Shown here piece after piece: positions 9,149 through 18,884 of a DNA stretch of 64,000 nt (position 1 is the first letter of the stretch; each line of letters starts with the position of its first letter). Source of the DNA: Oceanospirillales bacterium (GTDB lineage: Bacteria > Pseudomonadota > Gammaproteobacteria > Pseudomonadales > Balneatricaceae); assembly GCA_029027825.1 (NCBI GenBank), contig CP093399.1, positions 177,828-241,827 of the forward strand, given 5' to 3'. A program made the position numbers and the translations under genes. A model generated the notes under the pieces. That model was not told the DNA's origin. It did not search any database and was given only the letters and a program-made list of their open reading frames with translations.

Positions 9149-10599
9149 TGATTAGCGGTTTGAAGTGTTTTTGTCTTAGCGTTTTTCTGGTGGTCAGCAC
9201 GCCATTATTGGCACTCGATGAACTGGAACGACTGGTAGAGAAGGTTAAAGATCAGCATGCTCTACTTCTGCAAGAAGATCTTCGTTTAACACAGTTTAAG
9301 CGAGCTGGAGATGGTAAGGAAGATGTTATTCGCTTGCTTAAAGCGGAGTTGGAAAGTATTGGGCTAACCCAGTTGCAGTTGTTAGAGCAGTTTGAACTCG
9401 CTAATTTACAGATTGAAGATTTAAATAGTCAGTTGATGTCGCAAAGCTCTGAGCTGAATGAATTATTCCCTCTAGTCAAAAAGCAATCCCAAGATTTATC
9501 AGTACAGTTTGAATCATCGTTAACTAGTGGTCAATTTGGATTGAGGAAGCAGGAATTGGCTTTTGCTAGCAGTGAGAATATTCCGCAGTTAAGCAATATA
9601 GAGATGATGTGGTTTTTGACCTTGCAAGAGATGATTGGCAATGTGGCATTGCAGCGCTATCACACTGAAATTATTGATGTCGATGGAAAGTTAGTCGATC
9701 GAAAAGTTTTGCAGGTAGGGGCTTTTTCCGCAATTGATGAAACTGGGCAGTATCTTAAATTTAATAAGAGCGCGGCAAAATTGCAGGTGATTGCAAAACA
9801 AAGTTCCGCAATTCAAGAACAGGCAGAAGGATTTTTTGTCTCTACCACCAATCAACTTTTAGTAGACACTCTTCAAGGTAAGCTGTTGTTACAGCAGAGT
9901 CAGCTACCTAGTTTCCAGCAGCGTTTGCAGCAGGGGGGATTGGTTGGTTATATAATTTTGGGATTGGGCGGGCTGGGGTTATTGATTGCAATGTGGAGGA
10001 TTCTCTATATTGCGATTGTTGAAATTCGCTTTAAAAAACAGCTGAAATCCAATGTTTATTTGGCGACTAATCCTCTGGGTAGAGTGTTGCTTGCGGCGCA
10101 GAACGTAACGGTGATGGAAAAAGCCGAGTTGTTGATTGACCAGGCCATATTGCAAGAGTTGCATAAGCTTGAGCGAGGTCATAGCCTGATTAAATTATTG
10201 GCTGCAGTGGCTCCTCTGTTAGGTTTGTTGGGGACAGTGACGGGTATGATCGAAACTTTTCAAAGTATTAAGCTGCTAGGAGCAAGTGACCCAAAGCTGA
10301 TGGCTGGGGGGATTTCTCAGGCTTTGATGACAACTGTGATGGGCTTGTGTGTGGCTATTCCGCTGTTGTTTTGTCATAGCTTTGTGAGTGGTAAGGCAAA
10401 ATACATGTTATTGCTTTTGCAGCAGAGAAGCTTATTGCTGTTAAGTGATTTTTTTGAAGCTGATGCAGATCAGAAAAATATTCCTCAGAGAGTCAATTCC
10501 GTCAGCGGCTCGAGCGCACCGCCCGGTCAGTCTAAAATACCGAGTGTGGAAAGTAGTGTTGTGGAAGAGTCTAGCGAAGGAAGGCCAGCACTTGCTTGA
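9148..10599 (+). CDS. TtpC-like long MotA/TolQ/ExbB proton channel protein
   Basis: Long periplasmic N-domain plus C-terminal APLLGLLGTVTGMIETF...MAGGISQALMTT. Confidence 0.88.
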   Translation: MISGLKCFCLSVFLVVSTPLLALDELERLVEKVKDQHALLLQEDLRLTQFKRAGDGKEDVIRLLKAELESIGLTQLQLLEQFELANLQIEDLNSQLMSQSSELNELFPLVKKQSQDLSVQFESSLTSGQFGLRKQELAFASSENIPQLSNIEMMWFLTLQEMIGNVALQRYHTEIIDVDGKLVDRKVLQVGAFSAIDETGQYLKFNKSAAKLQVIAKQSSAIQEQAEGFFVSTTNQLLVDTLQGKLLLQQSQLPSFQQRLQQGGLVGYIILGLGGLGLLIAMWRILYIAIVEIRFKKQLKSNVYLATNPLGRVLLAAQNVTVMEKAELLIDQAILQELHKLERGHSLIKLLAAVAPLLGLLGTVTGMIETFQSIKLLGASDPKLMAGGISQALMTTVMGLCVAIPLLFCHSFVSGKAKYMLLLLQQRSLLLLSDFFEADADQKNIPQRVNSVSGSSAPPGQSKIPSVESSVVEESSEGRPALA

Positions 10600-11146
10600 G
10601 GAATATGTAACTACGCTTTTTAGTCGTATTGGTTTAATAGGCAATATTTATTTGGAAGGTTTGCAGTCTCTTTTTGCTGCGGGTGGAGTTGTGTTGCAAG
10701 TGCTTTTTGTAACCGCCCTAGTAATATGCTGGTTATTAAGTGCAAAACTCTGGTTTCGAATATTTGAATACCCTAGGGCATTGTATCAGTGTCAAAGATC
10801 TGCAGATCAACGAACTTTTTATATAAAATACTTTGATTTACAGCAGTCGTTACGTCAGTCAATGGGGTTAATACGTACCAGTATTAATGTCTGTCCTTTA
10901 CTTGGGTTAGTAGGAACTGTAGTTGGTATGATCGAAATTTTTGATGTGATTTCCCTTAGTGGTGTGAGTAATGCCCGAATAATGGCTGCAGGGGTGTCTA
11001 GGGCAATTTTGCCGACTATGGCGAGTATGGTGATTGCTATTAGTGCGATGTTTGTATTTGCTTATCTACAGCGCTGGTCAGCGAAGCAGCAAATGCTGTT
11101 GAAGAGCCTGTCTGTTTCTTGGAGGCCAAAAAATCATGCGATCTAG
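10592..11146 (+). CDS. exbB: ExbB (MotA/TolQ/ExbB family); TTG start at 10592 inferred
   Basis: CPLLGLVGTVVGMIEIF, MAAGVSRAILPTMASM; GGAAGG upstream of the TTG. Confidence 0.85.
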   Translation: MLEEYVTTLFSRIGLIGNIYLEGLQSLFAAGGVVLQVLFVTALVICWLLSAKLWFRIFEYPRALYQCQRSADQRTFYIKYFDLQQSLRQSMGLIRTSINVCPLLGLVGTVVGMIEIFDVISLSGVSNARIMAAGVSRAILPTMASMVIAISAMFVFAYLQRWSAKQQMLLKSLSVSWRPKNHAI

Positions 11147-11543
11147 GCTAAATTTTGATACTCAGGGGGAAGAGGCTAGCATTGATATGACTCCTATGTT
11201 GGATGTTGTGTTCATTATGCTGATATTTTTTATCGTATCTACAACATTTATCCGTGATGAAGGGGTGGATATAAACACTCCTAGTGCGAATCATGGGGTT
11301 GAGAAAACGACTCAGGGAGTGATAGTGGCTATCGATAAATCTGGGGCGGTATGGCTTGACCAAAATAGGATATCGATTGATGAATTGCAGGACTCTTTGT
11401 CTCTTGCTATCAGTAAAAAAGCGGCTGAATCAGTCTTGATAAAAGCTGACGAAAAGACCGCCACTAAAGATTTGATTGCAGTCATTGATATTTTGAAAAT
11501 ATTAAATGTTAAACAAGTGGCCGTAGCTACTAAGTCGCCATGA
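11136..11543 (+). CDS. exbD: Biopolymer transporter ExbD
   Basis: IDMTPMLDVVFIMLIFFIVSTTF; IKADEK. Confidence 0.92.
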   Translation: MRSRLNFDTQGEEASIDMTPMLDVVFIMLIFFIVSTTFIRDEGVDINTPSANHGVEKTTQGVIVAIDKSGAVWLDQNRISIDELQDSLSLAISKKAAESVLIKADEKTATKDLIAVIDILKILNVKQVAVATKSP

Positions 11544-11567
11544 GTTTGATCTTTTAACGTAGCGTGT

Positions 11568-12467
11568 TTGAGGTTGGTTTTCCTTTTGAAAATAAAATAT
11601 TTGATCTTGCCTCTTCTGACAATACTCATCGTTTCGTTGTTATTTATACTAATGTCTCTGCTTTCAGGGCAGGCCATTGATAAGCGTAAGCCCAATCTAG
11701 AACCTTTATTAGCAAAAAGTTTCGATTTGAGTACTATCTCGTTTAATAGTGCTGATTTGAGCATCGAGCCTCAATTAGAGAAAATTAGTGGCTTACCAGA
11801 GAAAATGCAGCCACCTAAGGAAGTGATTTTACCGGTAAAAGTGGTCCCGCCGAAAAAATCAATTCAGCCCAGTAGCGCTCCTGAAAAGATAGTAGACGAA
11901 GAGTCGGCAGATGGAGCTGATTTGGCTGAGTTGAAATCAGCTAGCGTCGAGGATTTACAGGTTAAAGTTGTCAAGCCAAAAGCCGTAGAAAAAAACAAAC
12001 CGCTGCTAAAGCCAGTTGAGAAAGCTAAGCCTAAACCGGTGAAAGTTGTAAAGAAAAAAAAGCCTTTAAAGAAGGTAGTGAAGGCTATTAAAAGACACTC
12101 CAGTAAAGTTGTGGCCAAGACAAGCGGTAAAAAGAGCAATGTTAATGCTGTTCGCTCTAATGACGGTGCTCTGTCAGATACATCCTCCCAAGTTGTCTCC
12201 CATGTAAGAAATTCTAAGCCGGTACAAAGAATTCCACCTGTATATCCAAGGCGTGCTAGAAGAAGAAATATAGAAGGTGAGGTAATCATACATTTCTTGG
12301 TGACTAGAAGTGGGGATGTGGATGGAAAAACACTGCGGATTACTCATGCTAAACCTGCTAACGTCTTTAATAAATCAGTGCTAAAAGCGGTTTCTAAATG
12401 GAAGTTTTCTCCTGGTAGTATGCCATACACGACCAGTCAGAGATTAGTGTTTAGTCTTAAACGTTAA
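11568..12467 (+). CDS. tonB: Energy transducer TonB (start uncertain)
   Basis: N-terminal TM anchor, Lys/Pro-rich linker, C-domain PPVYPRRARRRNIEGEVIIHFLV...AVSKWKF. Confidence 0.88.
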   Translation: MRLVFLLKIKYLILPLLTILIVSLLFILMSLLSGQAIDKRKPNLEPLLAKSFDLSTISFNSADLSIEPQLEKISGLPEKMQPPKEVILPVKVVPPKKSIQPSSAPEKIVDEESADGADLAELKSASVEDLQVKVVKPKAVEKNKPLLKPVEKAKPKPVKVVKKKKPLKKVVKAIKRHSSKVVAKTSGKKSNVNAVRSNDGALSDTSSQVVSHVRNSKPVQRIPPVYPRRARRRNIEGEVIIHFLVTRSGDVDGKTLRITHAKPANVFNKSVLKAVSKWKFSPGSMPYTTSQRLVFSLKR

Positions 12468-12578
12468 TGTTTTCAAATAACTAGTAAAGCTGTAGTTCTG
12501 AATTGGTGCCTGTAATCAGACGCTAAGCGAGATAAATACTAAATAAGTATTGCTGCTAATTTATAAAAATGCTTAAAT

Positions 12579-12597
12579 ACAAATCGTTATCATTACC
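12579..12597 (+). promoter_or_regulatory. Probable Fur box upstream of hemP
   Basis: acaaatcgttatcattacc, 13/19 match to the Fur consensus (reverse form), overlapping hexamers. Confidence 0.55.
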
Positions 12598-12618
12598 ATT
12601 AAAATTGGTGGTCGAAAA

Positions 12619-12783
12619 ATGTCATTAATAAACCAAAATTTAACGCAAAGTTCTCTGAAACAAGATAAATTTGTTTCTACTGAGGCATTGATGCAAGGGA
12701 AAAATGAGCTAATCATTGTGCATAGTGATCAAAAGTATATTTTGCGTATTACCCGAAATGGAAAGCTTATTCTAACAAAATAA
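12619..12783 (+). CDS. hemP: Hemin uptake protein HemP/HmuP (54 aa, absent from the ORF track)
   Basis: Manual translation MSLINQNLTQSSLKQDKFVSTEALMQGKNELIIVHSDQKYILRITRNGKLILTK; C-terminal YxLRITRNGKLILTK is the HemP signature. Confidence 0.92.
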   Translation: MSLINQNLTQSSLKQDKFVSTEALMQGKNELIIVHSDQKYILRITRNGKLILTK

Positions 12784-12968
12784 ATCTCAGTTTGACGCTG
12801 GAGTTTCCAAGCTGCTTGCTATGTCTTGATTACTAAACTCTTCGTCTAAACATCATTTTTAATATCTTTATTCTGCATGAAATAGCCACTTGATCGGCAG
12901 CCAGTTAGTGCAAATTTAAGAGTTATCACCAACAGTAATTCAATTAGATTTAACTATCAGGTCGTACT

Positions 12969-14885
12969 ATGAAATCCCCACTTATTATGCTTAGCGGTGC
13001 TTTAATCCTAGCAAATTCTTCTCTAATACTCGCCGCTTCTTCAACAGAAGTCGTTAAAAATCCAGATTCCCAGATTAAAGATACAATATTTATATCTGCC
13101 AAAGCACCGATCAGTGCTAAAGAATTTTCGGGTTCAGTCAGTGTCGTGACTGCAAAAGAAATAAAAGCTAGTGGAGCCACCACCTTGGCGCAGGCACTTG
13201 ATGGTGTGCCGGGGGTGTCGATTGGTATTACGGGTAGCAATGGTGGAGAAGAAATAAGAATACGTGGTATGTCTGCTGAATATGGTTTGATTTTGATTGA
13301 TGGTAAAAGAATTCCGAATGCGGAGCGCAATGTTCCCTTTAACCCCGCTAACCGTAACCGTTGGGTCGCAATAGAAAATATCGAAAGAATTGAAGTGATT
13401 CGAGGTGCAGGTTCCAGCTTATATGGAACTGATGCACTTTCAGGGGTCATTAATATCATTACTAAAAAAGCAACTAAAAATTGGCGTAGTAGTGTGACGC
13501 TAAATGCACGAGGCTTTAAAAGTTCCGGAGGAGAGGGTACAGGGATAAATATTAGTACCAGTGGCCCACTATCAGAACGAGTAGCAATGAAGTTTTCCGT
13601 AGACCATCAAGATGATAACTCACTTGATGACGATTCGGGATTATCGATTAGATCGAAAAGACAGGTGACTAATACTCAGCTGGGCTTAAGTATCGAGATT
13701 GATGCGGAATCACAATTAGATCTGGGAGTTATTTATGGAGAAGAGCAAGCTACAGATACTGATGCGCCAAGGCATGGTAGTTCCCTTATTTCTAGTAAAG
13801 AGTTAAAACAGATAAAACGGCTTTTTTCTGTTGATTACTCCACAAAAATAGCAGGTTTTAATACCAGATTAAGCCTGTCAAATGCGAATACCACGATTAA
13901 ACAAGGTAAGGATGATTGGAAGGTAAGTGATGATAATTTTGCCGTGGATTTTGATGGATCTTTAAGTGAAAGCCATTACTTAAGTACTGGCTTTGGCTAT
14001 AGAAATGAAAAAGCTAATCGATATGACAAAGATTTTTCAAATGCTTTTAAATCGACCACAGGATTTGTTCAAGATGTTATTGATATCAGCGAAAATCATG
14101 CTTTAACCTTAGGTTTTTCTTTTGAGAATCATAATAAATATGGGAGTGAATCCAGTCCGAAACTCTATTGGAGTTGGATGGCTAGTCCGCAATGGACAGT
14201 AAAAGCAGGCTATTCGGAAGGTAGAATAGCTCCAGCTATTCGTGAGGGTTCATCTGAATATATTATTTCAGCAGGACCTTTCAGAACTTATCAAGGGAAT
14301 GATGATCTTCGACCAGAAGAAAGCCAGACTTTTGAAGTCAGTGTTGGCTATGAAGCTGAGAGTGTAGCTGCATCAGTTTCGTTATTTAATACAAATATTA
14401 CTGATTTGATCGCTACTAAAGAAATTAAGACCGGTCCACATGTTTTAGCCCTATATAGCAATATAAACAAAGCTAGGGTTCGTGGTTTAGAAAGTTCAGT
14501 GGCGTGGGAAATTAATCAACAATCAAAATTATCTTTTAATTACACTTACTTAAATACAGAAAATCGTAGTGGCTCAAATAGTGGAAATCAATTGACAAGA
14601 CGACCACAACATGCTGCAAATCTTAAATTTGGTCATTATTTAAGCCAAGCGGATGCCAATATATCCATCTCCCTCAAAGGGGTCAGCTCTCAGTATACGG
14701 ATGATAAAAACACCAAAAAAATTAGTGGTCACGGCATTGTTAATGTTGGATTTGTTAAGCAGTTAACCAAGCAAATTGACATCTCTGCCACTATTGATAA
14801 CTTAAATAACAGAAAAGTTATGGATGGATTTGAGTCTATATATGCCGGCAGAGAATACCGTATATCGTTAACTGGCAGATTTTAA
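12969..14885 (+). CDS. TonB-dependent outer membrane receptor in the heme uptake cluster (CirA/IrgA-like sequence)
   Basis: TonB box DTIFISA, plug motifs IRIRGM, ILIDGKR, IERIEVIRG..SSLYG.DALSGVINIITKK, C-terminal Phe. Confidence 0.9.
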   Translation: MKSPLIMLSGALILANSSLILAASSTEVVKNPDSQIKDTIFISAKAPISAKEFSGSVSVVTAKEIKASGATTLAQALDGVPGVSIGITGSNGGEEIRIRGMSAEYGLILIDGKRIPNAERNVPFNPANRNRWVAIENIERIEVIRGAGSSLYGTDALSGVINIITKKATKNWRSSVTLNARGFKSSGGEGTGINISTSGPLSERVAMKFSVDHQDDNSLDDDSGLSIRSKRQVTNTQLGLSIEIDAESQLDLGVIYGEEQATDTDAPRHGSSLISSKELKQIKRLFSVDYSTKIAGFNTRLSLSNANTTIKQGKDDWKVSDDNFAVDFDGSLSESHYLSTGFGYRNEKANRYDKDFSNAFKSTTGFVQDVIDISENHALTLGFSFENHNKYGSESSPKLYWSWMASPQWTVKAGYSEGRIAPAIREGSSEYIISAGPFRTYQGNDDLRPEESQTFEVSVGYEAESVAASVSLFNTNITDLIATKEIKTGPHVLALYSNINKARVRGLESSVAWEINQQSKLSFNYTYLNTENRSGSNSGNQLTRRPQHAANLKFGHYLSQADANISISLKGVSSQYTDDKNTKKISGHGIVNVGFVKQLTKQIDISATIDNLNNRKVMDGFESIYAGREYRISLTGRF

Positions 14886-14946
14886 TAATATTTCTAGCAA
14901 CTATTTAATATATAACAACTATTTAATATGAAAGAGGGACAGTAAA

Positions 14947-16110
14947 ATGAATAATTTATTAGCACTTTTTAACAACCAAGAAAAAAGCTTGGATGACGCT
15001 GCGAATTCGTTGTTTATTAGTCATCAGCAACTTGTAGAAAAAACTCGGCTTGAGAAAGGCCGTCCCTTGCATCGCAGGGATATCGCTCAGAAACTACAAG
15101 TACCTGAAGCTGCCCTCATTGATCAACAGTGCGGAGTCAAAAGTATTAGGTTGTTAGCTAATTTTGCAAAAATTATTTATGCCATGCCTAAGTTGGGTTA
15201 CATAATGACCTTAACTCGCAACGAAAGTGCTGTGCATGAACGAAAAGGTACCTATAGTAATGTTAGTGTGAAAGGTCCTATGGGCTTAGTGATCACTGAT
15301 GATAGAAAAATTGATTTGAGAATTATTGTCAGTCGTTGGGCGAGTGGTTTTGCTGTTCAGGAACCAATTGGTTCTGGTTTTAGATATAGCTTACAATTTT
15401 TTGATCAAGCTGGAGGAGCTATTCAAAAAATATTTCTACAGCTGCCAGATATGAGTTCGTCACAAGAAAAGAATACTGACTCAGCGAGTCAAAGTAGTGA
15501 TATTGATGGTTATTGCGAGGTGGTTAATGAATTTATCGATGCGGATGCTTCTTCTCATTTATCCTTTAAAGAAATAACTATCGTTGATAAAAGGGTCGAC
15601 TCTTCGCAAGTTGATAGTGAAGAACTGATAGCACAGTGGCAGGGCATGACTAATGTTCATCAGTTCTTTGGCATGCTTAAAAAACATAAAATTAGCAGGG
15701 AGCAAGCTTTTAGTATTGTTGGAGCGCCCTTAGCTCAACAATTTGATCCCTATCTGCTTGAAGGATTGTTGCTAGCAGTTGTAAAGGAACAGCTGCCAAT
15801 AATGTGTTTTGTTGGCAACGCTGGCAATATTCAAATCCATACCGGGGAAATTAAAACCGTAAAAAGAGTGGGGCCATGGCTCAACATTCTAGACCCTGAA
15901 TTTAATTTACATTTATTAGAAAATAATGTCGCTAATGCGTGGGTGATTAGAAAACCGACGGAAGACGGGGACGTTACTTCAGTAGAACTCTACGATGCAG
16001 CTGGTGAAACTATTGCGCAATTCTTTGGTCAGCGCATTGAGGGAAATCCGGAAAATACGCAGTGGCGTGCTTTTGCAGAAGGCCTGGTGGAACAGGAAGT
16101 AGTTGCATGA
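14947..16110 (+). CDS. hemS: Hemin-degrading/trafficking factor HemS/ChuS/HmuS
   Basis: MTLTRNESAVHERKG, IDLR, VHQFFGML (heme His), IMCFVGN.GNIQIHTG, WLNILDPEFNLHL. Confidence 0.92.
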   Translation: MNNLLALFNNQEKSLDDAANSLFISHQQLVEKTRLEKGRPLHRRDIAQKLQVPEAALIDQQCGVKSIRLLANFAKIIYAMPKLGYIMTLTRNESAVHERKGTYSNVSVKGPMGLVITDDRKIDLRIIVSRWASGFAVQEPIGSGFRYSLQFFDQAGGAIQKIFLQLPDMSSSQEKNTDSASQSSDIDGYCEVVNEFIDADASSHLSFKEITIVDKRVDSSQVDSEELIAQWQGMTNVHQFFGMLKKHKISREQAFSIVGAPLAQQFDPYLLEGLLLAVVKEQLPIMCFVGNAGNIQIHTGEIKTVKRVGPWLNILDPEFNLHLLENNVANAWVIRKPTEDGDVTSVELYDAAGETIAQFFGQRIEGNPENTQWRAFAEGLVEQEVVA

Positions 16111-17030
16111 AATTGTTCGACAATAAACCTGCGTTAAGACTGCTGTGTGCAGTCTTATCATGTATGGCTGTTAGCCTCCAAGCTGCTAGCTTAGAAAAGC
16201 CAGCAGTGCTTGATAGGATTGTATCAGCAGATGGTTCGCTCACTGAAATAGTTTACGCTTTAGGCCAAGAAAAGCGCTTAGTCGGCGTCGATACTACGAG
16301 TGGCTATCCACTAGTGGCGAAAAAATTACCGCAAATTGGCTATAAAAGAAATATATCAGCAGAGGGGGTGTTGTCTTTATCTCCGCAAATTTTAATTGTT
16401 ACTGAAGATTCAGGCCCAGATAAAATTCTTCAACAAATTGAAGCCGCAGGTGTGGTGGTAAAACGCTATAGCGCCAATCCTAGTTTAGATGTGGTGAGAG
16501 AAAAAATCCTGGGAGTGGCTAAGTTATTGGCGGTAGAAGAAGCGGGAGCAAACTTGTGGCAGAAAGTGCAATCCCAAGTGCTACAGGCACGCTCTAAACT
16601 TAAAAATGTTCGTCAGCCTGCGAAAATTATGTTTGTGCTTAGCGCAAAATCAGGTAGCCCTTTGATTTCAGGAAGTGACACTATGGCCGATGCCATTATA
16701 AAACTTGCTGGGGGAATGAATGCCGCTCAAGGTTTTAGTGGCTATAAGCCGATGTCGATAGAATCTATTATCGCAGCGGCTCCGGACGGTATATTAATGA
16801 TGAATCGCTCAGGAAACCACAGCGGTGCAGCTGATATATTACTGCAAGCCGGTTTTAAAGTGACGCCCGCTGCTGCTAATAAGCGTTTGATCGTTATGGA
16901 CGGGATGTTGCTGTTGGGCTTTGGACCACGCATTGGTGAGGCAGTAGAGCGCTTAATTACGGAGTTTTATCCGCATCTTAGTGTCGCTAACTCTGAGCTA
17001 AATGCCCTTTCAGTTAACAGTAATGACTGA
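16107..17030 (+). CDS. hmuT: Heme ABC transporter periplasmic binding protein; ATG 16107 overlaps the hemS stop
   Basis: RIVSADGSLTEIVYALG, GVDTTS.YP, LPQIGYKRNISAEGVLSL with conserved Tyr ligand, LLGFGPR. Confidence 0.88.
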   Translation: MKLFDNKPALRLLCAVLSCMAVSLQAASLEKPAVLDRIVSADGSLTEIVYALGQEKRLVGVDTTSGYPLVAKKLPQIGYKRNISAEGVLSLSPQILIVTEDSGPDKILQQIEAAGVVVKRYSANPSLDVVREKILGVAKLLAVEEAGANLWQKVQSQVLQARSKLKNVRQPAKIMFVLSAKSGSPLISGSDTMADAIIKLAGGMNAAQGFSGYKPMSIESIIAAAPDGILMMNRSGNHSGAADILLQAGFKVTPAAANKRLIVMDGMLLLGFGPRIGEAVERLITEFYPHLSVANSELNALSVNSND

Positions 17031-18099
17031 GGCTGCTCTTCTATATTCGAACCCCAAAGCACTGCGAATTAAATGGAGTTTGATTTGTTTGGTCACTGCA
17101 TTAATAGTGGCTTTGATAGTATCGGTTGGCATAGGGCCAATGCATATCAGTATGTATGATGCCGTCAGTGTGGTGTTGTCAAAATTGGGTTTAGTAGAAA
17201 GCCAAGTGTCGACGGCAATGCAGAATATTATAGAATCAATTCGTCTGCCTAGATCGATACTCGGCATGCTGGTCGGGGCTTCGTTGGCGGTGAGTGGCGC
17301 AGCTATGCAAGGCCTGTTCCGCAATCCATTAGCCGACCCTGGATTGATTGGGGTTACAGGTGGAGCATCTTTAGCCGCGGTTTTACTGATTGTGTTAGGT
17401 GGCACTACCTTGAACTTCCTCTTCGACATATTCGGCGAGTATACGTTAATGATTGCGGCCTTTGGCGGTGCGTTTTTGACCACAATGCTAGTGGCTAAAG
17501 TTGCAACCACCCAATTTGGTACATCTATCACTAGCATGTTGTTAGCGGGTATCGCGATTGGCATAGTGACCGGTGCCGCCGTTGGTCTACTGACTTTTAT
17601 GGCAGATGATGGGCAGTTGCGTACTTTGACTTTTTGGTCAATGGGCAGCTTAGGTGGTGCAACTTGGAGTACCGTGCTTGCCGCTGGGTCACTCATTATT
17701 ATTCCGCTGATATGCATTCCAACGCACGCTAAAAATTTAAATGCATTACTGTTGGGTGAGTCAGAGGCGCGACACTTGGGAGTAGATGTAGAAAAGGTCA
17801 AGCGGCAAATAATTTTGCTCACTGCGATTGGCGTGGGTGCTGCGGTCGCCGTATCGGGAATGATTGGCTTCGTCGGTTTGATAGTGCCGCACATCGTACG
17901 TTTAGGACTGGGGCCTGATCATCGCTACTTGCTACCGATTAGTGCAGGTTTGGGCGCATTATTTCTATTGGTCGCAGATATGATTTCTCGTACTATTATT
18001 GCGCCAGCGGAATTGCCTATCGGGTTAATTACTACCATTATTGGCGGGCCATTTTTTATCACTATGGTTATTTATCGAGCGCGGAGTAATTCCCTATGA
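17023..18099 (+). CDS. hmuU: Heme ABC transporter permease (FecCD/HmuU)
   Basis: IRLPR, MQGLFRNPLADPG, LLGESEARHLG, GMIGFVGLIVPH. Confidence 0.9.
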   Translation: MTEAALLYSNPKALRIKWSLICLVTALIVALIVSVGIGPMHISMYDAVSVVLSKLGLVESQVSTAMQNIIESIRLPRSILGMLVGASLAVSGAAMQGLFRNPLADPGLIGVTGGASLAAVLLIVLGGTTLNFLFDIFGEYTLMIAAFGGAFLTTMLVAKVATTQFGTSITSMLLAGIAIGIVTGAAVGLLTFMADDGQLRTLTFWSMGSLGGATWSTVLAAGSLIIIPLICIPTHAKNLNALLLGESEARHLGVDVEKVKRQIILLTAIGVGAAVAVSGMIGFVGLIVPHIVRLGLGPDHRYLLPISAGLGALFLLVADMISRTIIAPAELPIGLITTIIGGPFFITMVIYRARSNSL

Positions 18100-18884
18100 G
18101 CTTGGTGTTAACAAATATTGGTTTAACCATAAACGGCAAGACTTTAATTGAAAATATTAATCTCACTGTCACCCCCGGTGAGGTACTTGCTATTTTAGGG
18201 CCTAATGGCGCAGGTAAATCGACAGTCTTTAAAGTGATGGCTGGAGAGTATCGGCATTTTAGCGGTGAAATGACGATTAATGGTCAAACTTATCAAAGTT
18301 ACTCATCGAATAGCCGGGCCAAAATGATTGGCGTGTTACCGCAATCATCCGAATTAGCATTTCCTTTTAGTGTCTATGAAGTAGTGATGCTCGGGCGTTT
18401 ACCGCACAGTACTGGTAGTAAAAAAGATCGGGGAATTGCGGTGGCAGCGATGCAGCAACTAGATGTTCTTAAGTTGGCTGATGCGCTGTATCCCTCTCTA
18501 TCTGGCGGGGAGAAGCAGCGGGTACAGTTAGCTAGGGTGTTATGTCAAATATGGCAGACACCGACAGCTAATTTAGATGCTGAACATCGGTATTTACTAT
18601 TGGATGAGCCAACTTCGGCACTAGATTTATCCCATCAACATCAGACGCTATCTTTAGCAAGGGAATTGGCAGCCAGCGGAATGGGGGTATTATGTATACT
18701 GCATGATTTGAATTTAGCCGCTCAATATGCCGATAAAATTTTGATGTTAAGTGCTGGAAAAATAATGAACCAAGGCAACGTATCTGAGGTGCTGACCAGT
18801 GAGCGTATTGCTCGGCTGTACGGTATCGACGTCACTGTTATACCGCACCCTAATCGCAATCATCCATTAGTCATCACCGGTTAA
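18096..18884 (+). CDS. hmuV: Heme ABC transporter ATP-binding protein
   Basis: GPNGAGKS, LSGGEKQRVQLARVLCQIW, LLLDEPTSALDLSHQH, ILHDLNLAAQYAD. Confidence 0.92.
   Translation: MSLVLTNIGLTINGKTLIENINLTVTPGEVLAILGPNGAGKSTVFKVMAGEYRHFSGEMTINGQTYQSYSSNSRAKMIGVLPQSSELAFPFSVYEVVMLGRLPHSTGSKKDRGIAVAAMQQLDVLKLADALYPSLSGGEKQRVQLARVLCQIWQTPTANLDAEHRYLLLDEPTSALDLSHQHQTLSLARELAASGMGVLCILHDLNLAAQYADKILMLSAGKIMNQGNVSEVLTSERIARLYGIDVTVIPHPNRNHPLVITG

Noticed and set aside
11864-12289. 141-aa antisense ORF in tonB, and similar shadows at 12950-13459, 17010-17894, 29135-29458 and 62753-63055
   Set aside because: Antisense shadows of well-supported genes with no independent motifs
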